Assembly: GCF_000281045.1 (NCBI RefSeq)
Contig: NW_008246090.1
Location: 147,562 to 187,831, forward strand
DNA from: Saprolegnia diclina VS20
Taxonomy: Eukaryota
Direction of reading: 5' to 3'
Length of the DNA stretch: 40,270 bases
The position numbers and the translations under genes were made by a program. The notes under the pieces were generated by a model. It had not been told where the DNA came from. It saw nothing but the letters and a program-made list of their open reading frames with translations, and made no database searches. Below, one piece after another: positions 36,708 through 40,270 of the stretch (position 1 is the stretch's first letter; each line of letters opens with the position of its first letter).

Positions 36708-39605
36708 CTACTGTAGATGCTTCAGAATAAGCTTCGGGAGGCCATCGTAGTTGACGGGAGTGACCTCGTCCCATAGCGTCTTGCCGTCGAGCATGCGCTG
36801 GGTCGCCGAGGCCATATCCACGATCTTTGTTGTCGTGGCGGTAGGCCCTCTCACGCAGTCGCCGAAGCGAGTACGTAGGCTCGACGCGCTGGACGCCACG
36901 TCTTTTCCGTCCAAGAGCTTGAAGTTAGCGAACAACGCCACTTCCAGCTTCTCGGCCACGGCGAGGACGTGGGACTTCCACTTGGTGTAAGCTGCCATAT
37001 CGACGTCACGGTCGACTGGGGCCGAGATACGAAAGGGAACTTGAGCTACGAGCTCGATAATGGCCAACGAACTCTTGAGGTTGCTCATCTGTGGATTGGT
37101 AAGGTCCACCTTGGATCTCGCGCGTCCAGGGTTCTTCGGTAAACCACTTGTAGACAAAGGTTTTGGGCGTAATCTTGTTGTAGGTGTCGAGCCAATGCAT
37201 CGGTGTCGCTGCGAGTGGTGCGATCGCAGCTGGTGGGCTCTCCACGAGTGCCGGTGCCAGTGGCGGCTGCGAGCCACCAGACGACAACTGTTGCTGTTGC
37301 AGCATGACCTGCGTGAAGCGCTCGAAACTAGCCTGCAGCACATCCAACTTCGCGTGCAGCTCGCGGAACTGCATCGGGATGTCGCACGTCTTGCATTCGT
37401 GTCGAGGGTGATCCGACTCGAACTTCTGGCGAATCGTGTCAGACGCCGCCTTCAGCTGCTCAAGCGAGCAGCGCGATTCATCGCACGCGCCCCGAACGAC
37501 GCGTGCGAGGTCCGACGTTGGGCTCAGCTCGAGGAGGAACGGGAGGTGCATGAGCAAGGATGCGAAGAGAGCGTTGCACACGGCGTTGGGCACGTTGGAG
37601 CGCTCCTGTGTGCCGTTGAACCCGAGTGCGTTCTTGAAGACTCTGTGCTTGAAACGGAGCAGCGCCGCGTTGTCTTGCTCTGTGTGCGTGTCGGTCACTG
37701 GCTTCAACGACGGCGGAATCACCGTCGCCTCGGGGTCCCAACCGGAGAGACACTTGGCGATTTTTTTATCGTCCTGTAGGGTGGTTCCTATTTCGTAGTA
37801 CAAGACACGAGGTGCAAACGTGGACATTAGCGGTTGGCGTACCAATGTATGCAAATGCTTTGCTCAGAGAGTCCATCGGCCAATGGCCGCGCGTGCAAAT
37901 CCATTGCATGTTGATATTGTGCGAGGAACTGGCACACGCCGCAGAGCCTCGACAAACCGAGTGCAACTGCAGGCCGGGTGTGAGACCGACAGAGTCCAGC
38001 TCGTCAACAACCCCTAATGTGTGGTTACATGAGACACCGATTTGCGAGTCGAAGTAGCACCGCTTCCCTTGTACTCGCGCTCGAGGTCCTTCAGTTGGGC
38101 GTTGAGTAGCTGGGCCATCGATGGTCTCTTTCTGTCGGCCTGGATCTTGGCCCTGGCCGCTTTTGCCTCTGCGCCGGCATCATCGGGCTCGTCGTCGTCA
38201 AACTCCGGTGTCTCTCCAAGGTCGTCCGCGATGCCCTCGATGGAAGCCTCGAGCTGGGATATAGCCCCAACGTCCTCCATGTCCTAGTGCACATGGTATA
38301 GCGACTAGAACGCATTTTCCAAGAGGTGGCGTACGCGAGTCGAAGACCCTTGGTCGCGGACGAGCTCGATAACAAGTGGGCTCGGCTCGGATGTAACGAG
38401 CAGGACAGCGAGAGCCACAAATGGGCATAGCAACGGATCAGTCTTATGTGGAACAAGCGCAACTCCTTGCAGCGACGACGTCTTCAGTCGGGCAAAGTTG
38501 ACAAACAGATCGCCACCGGGCACGATCGAGAGCTAGCCAGACTTGAAAGTGGTACTGCGATCCTACATACAACGATGTAGGACCTGTTGCCGCGTTAGCC
38601 AGCACGAATCAATAGCACGCCCAAGCATGTGCCACATGATGGTGAGAGTGCACGCCACGTGAATCGACTTTTTGTCGCCTAAGTCCTCACAGTGATACAC
38701 ATGTTCAAGATCGTCAGATTATACCTCTCTTGTGTAGCATGCTGCCGAGAATGTTGACGTCTTGGACGGTCATGGCAGGCGCTTGCTGCTGGAAGAGTTG
38801 CTTCTGGCCTGCTCGGTCCGTAAACTTGTGTCTTAAGAAACTACGAATCTTCGTGCACCGCGCCGAGTTCCTGAGGCTCGTTGCGCTGAAGTCCTGTATC
38901 ATGCGGTTCTTGATCTACAAACATGGACGCTCAACAGTGGTTTAGAGAGCTAACATTTAGACCTGCGAGAGATAGTTGTCTGCAGTGCCCAACGAGAGCA
39001 CGCCCTCGCTGTTCTTCGACCGCTTGGACGTGCGGTTGTAGAGGAACACGACAAAGTTGTGAAGAATCGTGTAGATGTTGCGGCGTGGGAGCGCACTGCT
39101 CTCGACCTCTGCCGCTCTGGTCTTCTTCCAGTCCTCTCGCACAGTGTCCCAAGTGTAGTTGGCCTCGGTCATAAAGGCGTCGAAAATCGCCTCCGCGGAA
39201 CGTCTTTGGCCTAGTCAATGCGAGTTTATTACGTCCCGGCGAGTGAGGACATCGTACCGCGTGTGCCGGGGGGCACGCCGACGTCGTCAACCTCTTCTCC
39301 GATTTCTCCGTCAGAACCAAGGGACTCGGCCACTGGCAGTAGGAACCCTGGAGACTCGACGTCCTACAGCCCCTCTTGAACAACACAGCACTTGGACGCA
39401 GCCCCTCTTGAACAACACAGCACTTGGACGCAGGCGGTACGCGCACCTGGTTTGACACTTGTCTAGCGGCATTGCTCGTCGTCGCTTTGGCAGCCGACCT
39501 GGGCGCTGCCCTAGCTGTCCTGATCCGCTTCACCAGCCTCCTTGGTGGGTCAGCGTCGTCTTCGTCCGCGCCCTCCGCCCGCTGCTTTCGCTTTGCCTCC
39601 ACCAT
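36708..39605 (-). mobile_element. Crypton-like tyrosine-recombinase transposon gene, 8 introns, probably inactivated
   Basis: Spliced protein has MWHMLGRAIDS (R), FARLKTS (K), CPFVALA, and LTPGLQLHSVCRG...WICTRGHW...SKAFAYIGTTLQDDKKIAKCLSGW (H, W, Y). One frameshift near 37090-37115. Element termini not located. Confidence 0.82.
39367..39430 (+). repeat. Perfect 2 x 32-bp tandem duplication inside intron 1 of the recombinase gene
   Basis: CAGCCCCTCTTGAACAACACAGCACTTGGACG twice. Confidence 0.95.
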
Positions 39606-39833
39606 TGTTATTGTGGTCTGCGATGTTTCGAAAGATCTCGTGGCTCCTCAGAAGGTCGATCTGTCAGGTGACAACACGGACAGGGGGTCCCCATTGTTCT
39701 GGTCGTGACCAGTTGGACTCCGGGATAATCAAGCAACATCCCTGAGTCTGGTTTCGTCCACGAGCAAGAACCGAACACCATGATCCCCCCATGCGCCAGC
39801 AACCCAGATCCTCCCTCAAGGTTTCCATTAGGT

Positions 39834-40232
39834 TTAGGTCTAGTTTGCTGTAAGCTTGGATAATCATCAGTTCTCATTTCTTCTCGTCCTGCGCAGCCAC
39901 ATCCGGTGGTGGACAGAATAAAACTAGTTTTTCAACGGAAGAAACGAAAAACGCTCAAGATGTCATCCCCCAGCACGCCAAAGTCGACCGCCGGTCGCAT
40001 TTTTTCGCCGATCGTCGAGGCCTCGCCGATCGCCGACCCAAGCTCTGCTCCAAGCGGCCTTCCCACTTTGCCGGACTCGCCGGCCAACGTGCGCCGCGAC
40101 TCGGACGCAAGCGTATCCCGTTTCTTCAACTGAAAAAACTAGTTTTAATCCGTCCACCACCGAATGTGGCTGCGCAGGACGAGAAGAAGTGACAACTGAT
40201 GATTATCCAAGCTTACTGCAAACTAGACCTAA
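39834..40232. mobile_element. ~400-bp MITE/foldback-like element with ~115-bp terminal inverted repeats
   Basis: 39834-39946 is the near-perfect reverse complement of 40119-40232 (TTAGGTCTAGTTTGC...GCAAACTAGACCTAA). It can be read as TA-GGTCTAG...CTAGACC-TA, a possible TA target-site duplication. Confidence 0.8.
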
Positions 40233-40270
40233 TGAACGCGCGTTTGCTCAAATCCAAGCTACAGAACTAC

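Noticed and set aside
37780..39260. Many in-frame stops in the recombinase region as heavy decay or stop-codon recoding
   Set aside because: The stops fall inside canonical GT-AG introns.
39367..39430. CRISPR-like 32-bp repeat
   Set aside because: Two adjacent units with no spacer, no cas genes, and an intronic eukaryotic context.
39828..39839. TTAGGTTTAGG as a telomeric repeat
   Set aside because: Only two imperfect units, at the edge of the inverted repeat.

Overview
Gene-dense eukaryotic genomic DNA with short (about 30-55 nt) GT-AG introns and GC-rich codons. The gene content suggests an oomycete, probably Saprolegniales (inference). Genes from left to right: TPR/cyclic-nucleotide-binding gene, Nudix hydrolase, bacterial-type DinB protein, tetraspanin-like protein, a hypothetical gene divergent from DDX24/MAK5, an S28 peptidase lacking its catalytic Ser, cytochrome P450, a 3xCNB PKG-type kinase, UTP23, a Cys-less cysteine-desulfurase-like PLP enzyme, two small membrane proteins around deoxyhypusine synthase, a mitochondrial carrier spanning an 844-N gap, a TPR protein, a split LRR pseudogene with tRNA-Gly(GCC) inside, a DTW protein with two zinc knuckles, a histidine phosphatase, a J-domain protein, an intron-rich Crypton-like tyrosine-recombinase gene and a ~400-bp inverted-repeat element. 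The most notable structure is a duplicated junction between the convergent TPR and DTW genes, whose stop codons overlap in one copy; the two copies bracket a ~2.9-kb block holding the LRR pseudogene and the tRNA. All family assignments come from motif recognition by eye, not database searches, and exon models were assembled by hand.
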